Translations under genes and position numbers: made by a program
Notes under the pieces: model-generated
The model's input: only the letters and a program-made list of their open reading frames with translations
Told to the model about the DNA's origin: nothing
The model's database searches: none
Part shown: positions 12,201-23,871 of the stretch, piece by piece
Layout: each line of letters starts with the position of its first letter
How positions within the stretch are numbered: position 1 is the stretch's first letter
Assembly: GCA_036172245.1 (NCBI GenBank)
Contig: JAYWIR010000008.1
Coordinates: forward strand, 4,774,001 to 4,838,000
Reading direction: 5' to 3'
Source of the DNA: Raillietiella orientalis
Lineage: Eukaryota
Length of the DNA: 64,000 nucleotides

Positions 12201-15200
12201 TCCCATGCACGAGATTGCAACTGCAGGCTCAGAGGAGAGTCGGAAGACAGGGAAGCTTGGTCTCGTCTGCGGATGGGATGTCTTTTTCTTCACCTTTTTT
12301 TTTTTTCCCCTTCCTTCCCCCACAATTCTGCTAGAAAGTGACCTAGACTCATTCTTTGGATATATTTTCTTGGGAGGATTCATTGGGTTCTGCCGAAAAC
12401 TCATACGGACACGAGAGATAGTTCCTTTCACTTCAAACAACAACAAACTCGAGGGCCGATGTACGAAAAGGTACACAAAAAAAAAAAAAAAAAAAAAGGC
12501 AATTCCAGCAAGATACAGTATGACACCGGCTGCCGTTCTTAATTCAAGGGACCTTCCTCCCATTAGCTGTCACCTTTCCCCGTGTCAAGGTTTCGACAGT
12601 GCTTTTAAGTTTATGGTATAATTTGCCAGCGCGGACAGATGCGGTAGCAGCATAATTATAGCGAACCAACCTCTTGTGATTAATTCATTATCAATTGTGC
12701 GTAAATTGAAACACCTGCGGTTCTTTCTTTGAGTTTCCTGGGTTCCGAACAGCTTCCAACCAACTTACCAAGGCTTCCTCCGTAACTTTTCACCCTTTGT
12801 TTAGGTTGCCGATTTCCATCGAGTGATTCTCCCTCGGAGTTTGTTAGTCCATCATTCATTCTGCAGACGAGACGTCTTCCCTATAGATTTTCGTTTCCTC
12901 TTTAAACAAGCAAACCCCAAAGAAATACCATTTTATTCTGAGGCACTGGAGACCTGTGAGGATGCACCTTGCTTCAACTGATGATCCATCTCTCTCTCTC
13001 TCTCTTTCTCTCCCTCTTTTATCTCATGGACTGTCTGAGCGTAGCTTACCCGGCCGGACGAAAGAATGGAATCCAAGCACTAGCTGAAAAAATTATTTAT
13101 TATTTCCCAATCTTCATACCGAAGAAACAAAGCGCCAGCTGATGGGGAGGATTCGAGAAAGCCTTTCCCATCAGACTCGGATTCTGTACGAACGTCTCTC
13201 ATTTCGTGCTGCTGCCTTCGGTCGGAAACACCTCCAGCAAGACTTCGAGCTGAGCGCGGAACTGCAGTCACGACGAAACCACGGAAAGACCTCTGTCACA
13301 TCCGGCCGGATTGATTAAAGAGTTTTTATTATAAAATGAAATTTCTGCGGCCAAAGTGATTCAACAGCGCGTGTAGGAGAAGGGGACCATTCATTACGAC
13401 AGACACGGAGAGCCGCGTGAGCAATGGGTTCGCCGCCGCTCGACTGTTAAACGGCAGCCACCAAGAGATGCTGCGGATTACAAAAGGACGTTCCCGTCGG
13501 GGACTCACTCCGAAACCTCTCCTCCCCGCAAGATAAATTCCACTGGCAACCGCATTTCTCTTTCTTCTCTTTTCTTTTTTTTCTTCTACGCTGGTGTGAT
13601 TTGTAGAAATAGTTTCTGGTGATTGCCTTTCGAATTGCAAATGGGAAAAAAAACACTTCCCAGCGTATCGTATTTTCGTCAGACGTGTGCGCATGCGCGC
13701 CGAGGACGTTGTGCGCGAAACGATCGCGCAGCAGCCATCGCCCTCGTTCCTCTCCATTCCAGGATCACCGAGATCCTTCGAGCTCACAGCAAAGAAATGC
13801 CCGATTTGTGAATTCACGCCGATGCGAAATTCGCGCACGGGCCCCGAGAAAGGAGCCTCCTCTCTTCCTGGTTTAACGGCGGGCTGCTGAAGCGAGGGAC
13901 TCCCGACTTCCTTCGGAGACCACGGATGCGTTCGCGCCTTCGCAGCAGCCCAGAGGGGCCGGCCGCCCTCCTGCTTTTACGCAGGAGACGGTCCTGCGTC
14001 CCACCCTGCATTCCCGTGTGTTCCTGCGTCATCACCGGAATCGGCCGCTGGTCTTCCACCTTCCGTCCTGGTGGACGTTCACGAATCCGAAAGCACTCTT
14101 TCGACCTTGAACCAAAAGGGTCTTCTTCGTTCGCTTTCCGTTCGTCACCGGGTGGACACTTCTCGCCCCGCTCGCACACACCTCGTGTGTCTCCCCTATG
14201 ATCTTTAGCCCCATTTCATGGTAAAGACACAATACGGCTCCTCGTCTATTATTGCATCAAAAAACTGGCTTCGCGTCTTCCATAGCAAACGAGTCCTCGC
14301 CTGACCCTCTGACCTTTCTTCTTTTTTCTTTTTTTGCCTGCACGGAGAAACTATGCATTGTGCTTTCATGCTTTCTTCATTTGCTACATACTGAGTATTT
14401 TAGTTCCGTGTCTTTTGTTTTTGTTTTTGTTCTCTTTTTTTTTGCCCTTTCATTCCGCACACTCTTTGACAAAACGCGAACCACTGAGCTTCTCACGAGC
14501 CGCCGGGCGCCGTGAGAAGACGACGCAGTCGTGTTCCTAATTACTGCTCCTGTGCTCGGAAGGGTTGGATCTCCGTCTCACCGAATTCAAGTGGCGAGCG
14601 GTCACTACCTGTCGCTTCCTTCTGGTACAGTTTCAGAGGCTGTCGGAACGATCGCTGGCTTTTTTTTTTTTTTTTTTCTCGCTCTCGAAATCGGATGTGT
14701 TTGTATGTCGGTTCGTCATCCGCAAATCACCTCCGTTAATTAGCACATTAATTAGCCTTTGTTGACTTGGAAAAGGAAAGGAAAATCGAATTCGTCATAG
14801 TAGGGAGGGTGGGGATCGGAACTCATTTTTCAAGATTTGTTCTCGCCATCGACGTTGCGAAGCAGAAATTCTTTTTTTTTTTTTTTTCGCCTCTCCCTTC
14901 TTTGAATGGGAACCTCCTGCCGCATTAGAATACACTCAGGGAGAGAGGGATCCGCATTTTCAATTGTTCTAAGAAACAACTGCCGTTGCCTGTCATCATT
15001 TGTTTATCGAGGAACAAGCAGGCGGCAACGTCTCCCGGCTTAAGTGGTTTAGTGTTTTGGAACGATCCTCTGAAAACGTCGTGTTTGACTCCGGCCGAGA
15101 CGCTGACTGCACTCCTACATAGGACGACACACCTGCTGTCCCCTCAGGAATGTCACGCAAATGTCGTCGCACACGTTTTTCAAAGCACGGGGGGCCGCCA

Positions 15201-16651
15201 AATTCGTGTTGCGGAAGCAGTGGGTCTCCGTTCTGGAAACGGCGCGCGTGCGTGAAAAGTACTTCAGTTACCACAACGACCCATCTCTTCCCTTTTTTTT
15301 TTTTTGTCCTTCACGCCGATCGAACAGAAGTGGCTTCTCAAGATATTGAGTTTCCTTTGCTCCGGAAACACTTTACAGGATTTCGAGCAATTATATTTGG
15401 CATGTAAGATTTGTGCCGTGTAGCGTTCGGTTGCGTTTCTTCTTCCGGGGAACAGCATGTGGGAACCGCCGTCTCACCGAAGAGCGAGCGCTCCTTCCCC
15501 GTTCGGGCGTCGAGGAATTTATGCAGTGGGGGTGAGTGGGCGGTAGGGTAGACCCAGTAGGCGTTCGAACGGATCCGAACTCGTTTCGGCGGGTGCTTTT
15601 TGAAAGCGAGGAATGGGGAACACCGCCCTGAGAAATGGAACACAAAACGCCGGACAACGTGTTCCGCGCCCCCTGCAGTAGAGGCTTCCAGTTCTCCCGT
15701 TCCTGTTCAGCTTGTCCTCGTTACGTTTTCATCTCCGTCGGAGGAAGGTGCGGAAGATGTCGCAACCGCAACCGTGCGGACGCAACACGCCTCACCGTCC
15801 GTCCACGTGAAAGGGTCCTTTTCTCACGTGTCCACGTCTTTCGAGGCACTTTTTTCCCCCTAAATTCCAGTCGGGAAGTGTTCTTGTTTCACTGTGTTCT
15901 CTGGATTCCGAGGAGCGTGCTTCTCTGCGATGCACACTCGTTCCTTTCGATCCACGAAACCCTTCGACGGAAGAGGAAAATGCAGGCGATCTTCCACTCA
16001 ACGGAGGTTCGCCTCTGCAGCGTCCGTTGCAGGCTGCCTCCGGGAATCACGCGAGGGGGGGAGGCAGGCGCTCTGCTTCCCCCATCACCCGCTTCGCCGA
16101 GTTGGCTTCGCGCTGCTTCCTCTTCGCTCCCTCTGTATCGCTTTCCTCACCCGAGCGCCTCCAGGAGCACGGAGCTGCCTTTCGGGCTCCCAGAAGCGAA
16201 CCTCGAGAGCAGGCTTTTCCATTGCGATCTCGTAAATCCTTCCGCCGAATGAACGCGTTCCGACCTGGCCGCGCGCCTGCGCAGTTCGCGTTTTCGCCGT
16301 CGGACGAGATGGGAGTCACAGCGGGAAGGAGACGCATGCGCGCACCCCGAGCTCTTCTCCCGGGCCGGGGTGCACCTCATCCCGAGCCGGACAGCTTGCG
16401 GTGGATGCGGCTTCGCTTCTTCGGTGGCTCACGTGAGCGTTTCTCCTCCCGTGGGCACGTGCGGCTCGAAAACTGGCCGGGCGGGTGACGTGACCTGACC
16501 GGTGACGTAGGGGACGGAGGGAATTGAGGGGGCGAGCGAACCGACCGCCGTAATCCGGGAGCGTGGTGCTTGCTCCTGCGGGCTGCTGCAGGTTCGTACG
16601 CGCGCGCGTTGCGTGTGTGCTTTCCAGCCAACAACGTCGCATGCTTTTCAG

Positions 16652-19061
16652 GACTTCCAGATGACGAGGACGGAGATCTCGGGGAGGAACTGGATCCAGT
16701 TCTTCCAGATGTGAGTGAGGGATCCTACCTGGGGCTCACACCTCTCCCTCTCTCCTTCTCTTTCCCTTTCCGATTCCATCAGATCTAAAAATTCCCCGAG
16801 CCAGTGGCTCCGCACGGCATATCGCGAAAAGCCCAGCCTCGCAGCTGGTCCTCCACGGTCATCATCTCCGAAATCTGGATCCGTTTCGAGATGCACCCAA
16901 ACAGACTTCCGGGATTCCGAGACGCAAACGTTCCCCTTCACGCCCGCGCCGATCTTTCCTCCAGGATCCCACTTTCCCGAAATCCTAAAGATCGGCTTCC
17001 TGTCTTGGGGTATGGGGACTGCTTCCGGAGAGCTTGGTCGTAAGCGGTGCCTCCAGAACGTGGCCTGCCCGCATCCATGAAGGAAATCGAGCTGATCCAC
17101 CGGATGAGGATCCGGCAGAGCATAGAGAAGAAGTTGGCCTCACTCGACAGCGACGACCTCGAAGAAATGAGGAAGCGGAAGAGAATTTGGGTCCAGATCG
17201 AGTGGGAAGAATGGATGTACAGGGAGAAGGTTGTCCCTCCCACCTTATCCCGGACACACCGGGTGCACGTTCTCAGGACAGGAGATCCAGGAGATTCAGG
17301 ACTCCCGCCTGCGCCTCCTCGAGCGCCTGCGAGGGGAGCAGGAAAGCCTGAAGGAGAAACGGCGCTCCAAGATCCTGGAGAACGTGTCCCTCAGGACGGC
17401 CTTGAAACAAGAGAAGATCGCGAGGACCATGAAGGAGCTCGTGCAAAGAGGTCCGCCTGATGGAGCAGCCGCGAGCTCTCCCAAACCGCCGTTAGAGTCC
17501 GCGCCTCCTCTTCCGTTTCAGAAATGCACCGCATCCTCTGCCAGAAGAAACGGGTTCTGGACCGTGTTCTGCCTAAGCGTCCCTGCGACGATCTGATCCG
17601 GGACGCCGTCGATTACACCTCTCGCGTGTACGCGCCGCGTTTGCGTGAAGGGACCAGACCGAAGGAGGACAACCACGTCATCCGCAGCGCATTCCTAGAG
17701 ACATCAGTGGGTGAGGCGGTGCCGGGGAGGGGGGAGCCGAGCGGAACGCCGCCTCACGGGAAAAAGAGCAGGTCTTTCGGAGTTAGAGCGCACGATGCGG
17801 GGAAGGGAAGACGCCGCGGTAAGCATGGCACCGAAAGTGCGCAAGACCAGGGGTCTGAGGAAGAAGGAGGCCCTTGTCCTCAGGACTCTGGGAGAAGCCC
17901 TAAGAGACATCGCAGGTAAACGGCGGAAGTGCGCGCCACCGTCGCCAACGAGGCAAAGAAGGGAGAGGGGGCTGTCCAGCCAGGAGGTTGCCGCCCGCTT
18001 ATCGCTCCATCCGATGCGTCAAGTACGTCCCGCGCCCGAAACCCGACTCGCCCACTCCTGTCCACGACTTCGCGGATTCTCAAGAAGAGGCGAACAGGAA
18101 GGGGGCGAAGTCTCTCCTCCAGGCCTTGGTGATCGGCCGGTCGGAGCAGATCAAGGTAGGAGGAGGCTCCCAGGACGCGAGCGCGGAGACCTCCAACGGA
18201 AAGAACAGCTGTTAGAGCAACTGGAGAGAAGGCGCCCACTTCTCGAAGAGACTCGGCCGACGCTGGTGCTCCGTCAGGAGGATCAGTACCAGAGGAGCTT
18301 GGAACGTCAGTGGCGGGTCCCTGACGAACAGAAGGAGATGCTGCAAAAGCAGAAGGTGTGGAGGAAGACGGCAGGCGTCCCGTCGAATGGGATTCTGAGA
18401 CCTCTCTCCAGAGCAGGAACGTGAACGAGATGCTGAGCCACATCGAAGGGGAAACCACCTCGTGCCTTTTGGGCCAGCTGAACTGCGAGCTGATGCGGCT
18501 CCAGGAGGAGAGGAGGCTGCACGCCCTCATCATGCTCGCAGAAAGAGACAGGCAGGAGAGGGAAGCCCTGGAGGCCGGTCACCGGCAAAGGGAGGAGCAG
18601 CAGCGGAGGGAAGCGGATGCCATATTCCTGCAGGTAGCTCTAGAGGCGGCCGACAGCGAAGAACGGCCGGGAACCGTGGCTTCCAGATGCTCCGGCTGCA
18701 CAAGGAAAGCGTGGACACTTACCTGGAGGACGTCATCGTGGAAAGTGTCGAGGCGGCGTCCGACCAGGACGCGAGGAAGCTGGCCCACGAGGCGGCCCAG
18801 CGCCTTCACGATCTGGCCACCGAGGTGGACGCCGACACCGACGTGGAGGGACTGGCGGCGGAGCTCGTGCATGGCTTCATCGTGCCCGAGGTGCAAAGGA
18901 GCTCCGTGCGCGCAGCCCGTCTCCAGGAAAGATATGTCGATCTGCTCTCTTCGCAAAGAGTGATCGACGGGATTCTGGATGCAGTGGATCATCTGGAGAG
19001 GGAACGCATCGGGTCGCCGGATTCACTCGGGGGCGCCGCTCGGCGAGCGAGCCTCCCGTGA
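16652..19061 (+). CDS. CFAP91: Cilia- and flagella-associated protein 91 (CFAP91/MAATS1/AAT-1), spliced; 5' exon(s) unresolved
   Basis: Manually spliced exons 16652-16710, 16783-17009, 17057-17229, 17282-17450, 17522-17710, 17772-17915, 17980-18155, 18209-18355, 18412-18633, 18687-19061. All junctions are GT-AG and phase-consistent: 1881 nt, 626 aa plus stop. Colinear CFAP91 motifs: ISGRNWIQFF, TQTDFRDSETQTFPFTP, LSWERGLPASMKEIELIHRMR, EWMYREKEIQEIQDSRL, DYTSRVYAP, FLETSVGLSELE, PKPDSPTP, LQALVIGRSEQ, ELMRLQEERRLHALIMLAER, YLEDVI, AELVHGFIVPEVQ. Confidence 0.93.
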
Positions 19062-19126
19062 AGACCGTCGGGAACGGTGGCGGCCACGATATCCCCCTTT
19101 CTGCCATCTCGGCGCTCTCTACTTTC

Positions 19127-19132
19127 AATAAA
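19127..19132 (+). promoter_or_regulatory. Polyadenylation signal of CFAP91
   Basis: AATAAA starting 66 nt after the TGA stop, in an otherwise GC-rich context. Confidence 0.7.
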
Positions 19133-19199
19133 GAAGGAATTCTGCGAGCGTGCCCTGGTGCTCAAGTCATGAGGGAATAGAGGACAGCCGGTGCCGCCC

Positions 19200-22100
19200 G
19201 CGATCCCAACACCTTCGCCCGCCTACCAAACGAGCGGAAAAGCAAAAGCTCCGAGGAGCAGCTCGTCTGTTCCGGTGGCTCCGCCACCCCTCCTTTTATG
19301 GAAGAGGTGACGAGACGAGAGCGTGGAAGTACCAGAGGTCCTTGCGGTGGCGCGGGATCTTATGCGGTCAGCGAAGGGTCGAATCTCGCTCTTTTTCCCC
19401 TCCGCCGTTCACCGCACCGTTCGCGTGAGTTCGCGCGTTTCCCACCCGGGAAGGTGGACGCGTGGCAGGCGAGCGGTTCGGACGAGCTGCTCCAGTCACG
19501 GACGACCTCCTCGAAACGCGCGCCGGTCTTCCTGAAGAAGGGGAGGAGTACCCGTTCCAGGATCCCCATTCTTTCAACTTTCCGCGCGCCGCAGAGAAAA
19601 CGCGATACCTCGAGAGGTTGGAGAACCCCAGGCGAGCTGCGTGACCTCACCACGGAAGCGAAGTGCGCTCTCGAGCTGGGAGGGTGCTGAGCGAAGAGGA
19701 AGACGTTTCGAATGCCAGAAGGCAGCAGAGAGGAGAGGACGCACGAACGAACCCACCCTGCCTCTTCCGGGCGTCCCGGAAGCCATTGGTCCCCTCCGTC
19801 CGGATGGAATCCTTTTGGTGCTGGGCCAGATTTTCACCAGGGAGAGAGGAGGGGAGGGAGGGGAGCAGGGAAAAGACCCTGAGGACGCAGCCACCATGTG
19901 CCGCTTCGGTAGCTCTCCGACAGGGGTCGCGAAAAAACCCGAAGGAGTCCCCGGGCCAGCTGACTGGGAAAAACAAAACAAAAAAAATGAGAAGGTGCAT
20001 CAGAGAGATTCGAATAAACAGGAATGATGCGTGAGGGAGGATGGCAGGTCGAGATTTTTTTTTTCGTCCCCTCGAAGGGTGGAAGGCCTTGTGGCTCCGG
20101 TGGCAAGCGAAAAGTGGAGTCGCTTGCCTTCCCCCCTCCCTCCTCCTAGCCGACCTCCTTCACGGCACGCCTCTGGGAAGGAAGGTTCCTTCCTGCACCG
20201 CTTCTACCCGGATCAGAGTCGTTCCTGGTAGACGCTCCAAAGGGAAATCCGGAAGACCTCCACTGTGGTGGGAGGGGAGGAGAGACGACGCTCATCGCCC
20301 GAGTTGGGAAAGATCTCTTCGGATGAGGAGGGGCAAGGGGCCCACGCTCTTCATCCTTCATTCCCCCTCCCCTTCCCGCGACCCATCCCACGGCCCCGTT
20401 CGCGAGACCTTCCGACAGCGACCCCTGAGCTGGTGCCAACCTCAGTCAGGGAGGCGACCGGACGCTCTTTTGAGGAGCAGGCGCGTTCTCTAGGGCGATG
20501 GGGGCGCTCGCTCTAGCAGCATCGCCCCCGTCCCCGGAGTGGAGGTGGAGAGCAGCTGTCCCCTCAGCAGGGCGAGGGCAAGCGGGCCTTTTTCTAGGCC
20601 TGCCTTGCGGGCGGTGTCCCCGAAAGTCTTCCAGGGGTGATCCGGGCAGACTCCGGGGCAGGGATCCGTCCCTGCCCCGGAGGACCTCCCGCAGACTGGG
20701 AAGGCTGCCGCTGAGGAAGCGCGTCCCGTCCACGAAACAGGACGTTGCAGCCTCGGGGGGGAGGGGAGGGCAGCCTTGCCGATTCGAGCGTCCCTCCTCG
20801 CGGTGGATGCCGCGTCGGTGATCGGGCCAAACGGCCCACGTCCCTGCTGGCCTTCCAGGAACGCGAAGAGGCCGGGAAGGGGGAGGCACCTACTCCCTCC
20901 TTCCCTCCCCTCTTGTCCCGCGCGCTCGCTCGCAGGCGAGCGTCCCAGACGCACCTCCTGATAGCGGCGGAAGCGGAAGGAACCTTCTGCGGTGCCTCCT
21001 CCCCTCGCCCGTTCCCGATCTTCGCTCCACCCGTCCTTCTTCCTCGGCGATCGTCTGCAGACGCGTCTGCCTTTCCACCTCTCTTCTCCCCTCCCTCCCC
21101 TTCTCCCCACGCAGATGTCTCCCCCCCTTTCCCGCTGCATTGAGCTTTGGAGTCCCTCCAGTGGGCTCGGGCGCTGATTGGCCGGCAGCGAGCGCGCCCC
21201 TTGGAGGAGTCAAGGAACTCCCGCCGCGCGGCGGCCACCCCGGCGCCGTTTGCATCCCGACGATCCCACGCGCTTCGCCGCCTGATAGGATCTTCCAGGA
21301 GGCTTCCCCGAATCGTCGTCCTCCTTCCTGATGGCGCCCCCAACCCCCCGGAGTGGCCTCAGCCTTCTTTTGCCCTTCGAGCCCGGTAATTTCCATCAGT
21401 CCTCCCCTCGGGCAACGAGGGCCGCGCGGGCTTGCGCCTCGGGCCTGTGCCCATCGCCTCTTCCTCTCCTCATTCCCGAAAAATTTGCTCCACGGAGAAG
21501 CCCTGCTGTCCCTTTTCCCGGTATCCGGGCAGGGGCGCGCAAGGAAGGGGAAGGAGGCGGGCATACGTGGTCCAGAACTCGCGGCCTCTTCCCTGCCTGT
21601 CGTCGGATCCACCGCAACAACCACCTGACCCCTCTTCTGGCTGGGACCCTGGGACATCCGGACCGCACCCCGCAGGGCGATCCCGTGATTCCGAGAGCGA
21701 CTCCGTAGCCTCCCTTTCCCGGAGAGGAAATGGAGGAGGGCAGTGAGGGAAGGAGGAAGAGACCTATGGACAGGCATCCGATCGTGGGGTCCCCTTACCT
21801 CAGAATCATGCTCGTCCATTTTCAAGGGTTTCCCTGGGATCGCACGAAGCGACCCGCCGGTCCCCATCAGACTCTGACTCGCCACCGCCCGTCACCACGC
21901 CTCCTCTCAAGGAGCGTCCCGTTCCCTGAGGGAGGCTGGGATTGAGCGGAGGCGCAGACAAAGAAAGGCGGACGAGTGCCGCTGCCGGGGTGTCGCTGGG
22001 CCCTTACGTGCCACCTCCTCCTCCTTTTCTTCGGGAGCCACCCGCGCTCCAGGGGAACGTCATGAGCCGCGGAAACCCCGATATTAGCGAGGTGCTGCTA
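19200..22100 (+). mobile_element. Decayed L1/Tx1-like non-LTR retrotransposon (ORF1, EN and RT remnants)
   Basis: ORF1-like SFYGRG..GILCGQRRV and RVSHPGR (19290-19460); EN-like WKALWLRWQAKSGVACL and RVVPGR (20080-20230); RT-like PYLRIMLVHFQGFP (~21800). Many indels. Confidence 0.5.
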
Positions 22101-22478
22101 GGCAATGAGCGGACCGCGAAAAGTGAAGGACGAAAGGTGGGCCCTTGATGCCACCCTCTCGAGGACGATAACTTCCTGATCATGGGGTTCCGCCGTCCGT
22201 ATAAGTAGCCCTGTCGGGACCAGGGAGGGAGCCTCTCCCCTTGTCCTCCGGTCCGCTTCCAGGCGAGTGATGGACGGGGGAGGCGCTCCGAGTGGATGCG
22301 ACGGCCCAGTTCCTGTCGCGCCCAAGTGTGTGTGAGACTCACGCGAACTTAAGAGGATCTCCAACCCGGTCCTCCCGGGTTCCACCCCAGAGCACGCCCC
22401 AGTCCCGGACCCGTTCTCGCAGGCGGCGGTTGCACTCTCTCCTGGAGGCGAGGTCGGCGGGCCGGGTCGGAGGATGAT

Positions 22479-22568
22479 GCTCGCAGGCGGACTAGACGGT
22501 AGCAGAGGTGCAGCCGCGTGCCCCGCTCTTGGCTGCGTCTCCAGGTCAGGGATCACCACCGCCACTCG
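22479..22568 (+). repeat. Left arm of 90-bp inverted repeat (partner 23782-23871)
   Basis: Ungapped alignment to the reverse complement of 23782-23871 gives 81/90 identities, including a 32-nt perfect core. Confidence 0.92.
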
Positions 22569-23781
22569 CACTCTCGATCCCCCTCCAGGAGACCCTGGCT
22601 CTTGGGCCAAGCTCACCGGAGCGCCACTCTGCGTCCCATCCGCTTCCTCCACCCCTGGAGCAATCTCTGAGAGACTTTCCGGGAGTGTCCACCCTTCCTT
22701 GGGATTCCTCTTCACTTTCTTCCCCCCCCTCCCCCGAAGTCCATCGGAGCTGTCGTCCTCCGGGCCTGGAGCCAGAGCGTCAAGGGCACCGGGTTCTCCG
22801 ATCGGAAAAGGAGGCATTCGGAAAGGCTGGTCCTTCCGCTTGCCTCGCGGGACTCGAGAACACTGCAGCGGGCGCGGGGAAGGGAGGACGGATGAGGCTC
22901 TTCCCGGAGCGGGCGTGCGCCTGGTCCCGCGTTTCATCCGTTTCACCTCAGGGAGCGGGGGATGGCAGCGGCACGCCGTGTCCTCGGAGGAGCGGCGTCG
23001 CCCCTTGCGCCCGAGATCGATCGAGGGGCGGCGGCTAAGCTGCGGAATTTCGCCGCAGGCCGGGAACGCGCGCGCGCGTGTGCGTGCGTGCTCAGCCGGG
23101 TGTGCGCGCGCGGCGGAGGTCGGCAGCGGCGGTGGCGGAAGCGAAGCGGCTCGGGGCGCGTTTCTTTGCAGTGACCTCGCCCATCCACCGCCGCGGGCGA
23201 AGCCGGCGGGGGAGATTTCTTGCACCCGCGGGGGAGGGGAGAGGGGGGAATCAATGACTGCCTCGGTCCGCTTCTTGCCCCAGACAGGGTCCGGGTCACG
23301 GGAGGTCTCCCCCTCCGGCCCACGTCTTTCCCCTCTTCCCCTTTCCCTCGCGCGCCCCCTACCTCGACTCTTGCCACCTGGCTACCTAGACAACGGCGAG
23401 CATCCGGTCCCTCAGGCGGCGGCGTGCTTCTCGGAGCACGGGCGGGGAGCAAGGAGCCACTGCCGTGGCGAAGGAGGGGGGGGGGGAGGAAAGTGACACG
23501 CTGTTCCCTTTTCGTCCCCCTCTTCGTCCTCTCAGGAACTTCATCCCACCCACTGCCACCTTCACCCTTGCCCCGCAGCGACGCCGGCGTCACAGCCTCC
23601 CCGCACGCCGCCCTTGCGCTATTTATAGTCCGGCTGCCCCCTTGGCATTCCGTGCGTGGGGCGGCAGAGGACTACTGGGGGTTAACTGGCCTCGGATGTC
23701 CGCAGGCACCTCTCGAGCGAGCGGAGAGGTCCGTCAGGACCTCGGAAGAGGGCCCTCCAGAGTGGCGACGCCTCGGAAGCC

Positions 23782-23871
23782 CGAGCGGCGGTGGTGACCC
23801 CTGACCTGGAGACGCAGCCAAGAGCGGGGCGCGCGGCGGCACCTCCGCTGCCGTCCTGCCCGCCTGCGAGC
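23782..23871 (-). repeat. Right arm of 90-bp inverted repeat (partner 22479-22568)
   Basis: Reverse complement matches 22479-22568 at 81/90. Both arms encode VV(I/T)PDLETQPRAG on opposite strands, resembling the post-RT GGLGxPDL region of L1/Tx1 ORF2. Confidence 0.92.

Noticed and set aside
14960..14985. Possible RFX X-box (GTTCTAAGAAAC) upstream of ciliary gene CFAP91
   Set aside because: Poor match in one half-site, and the transcription start is unknown.
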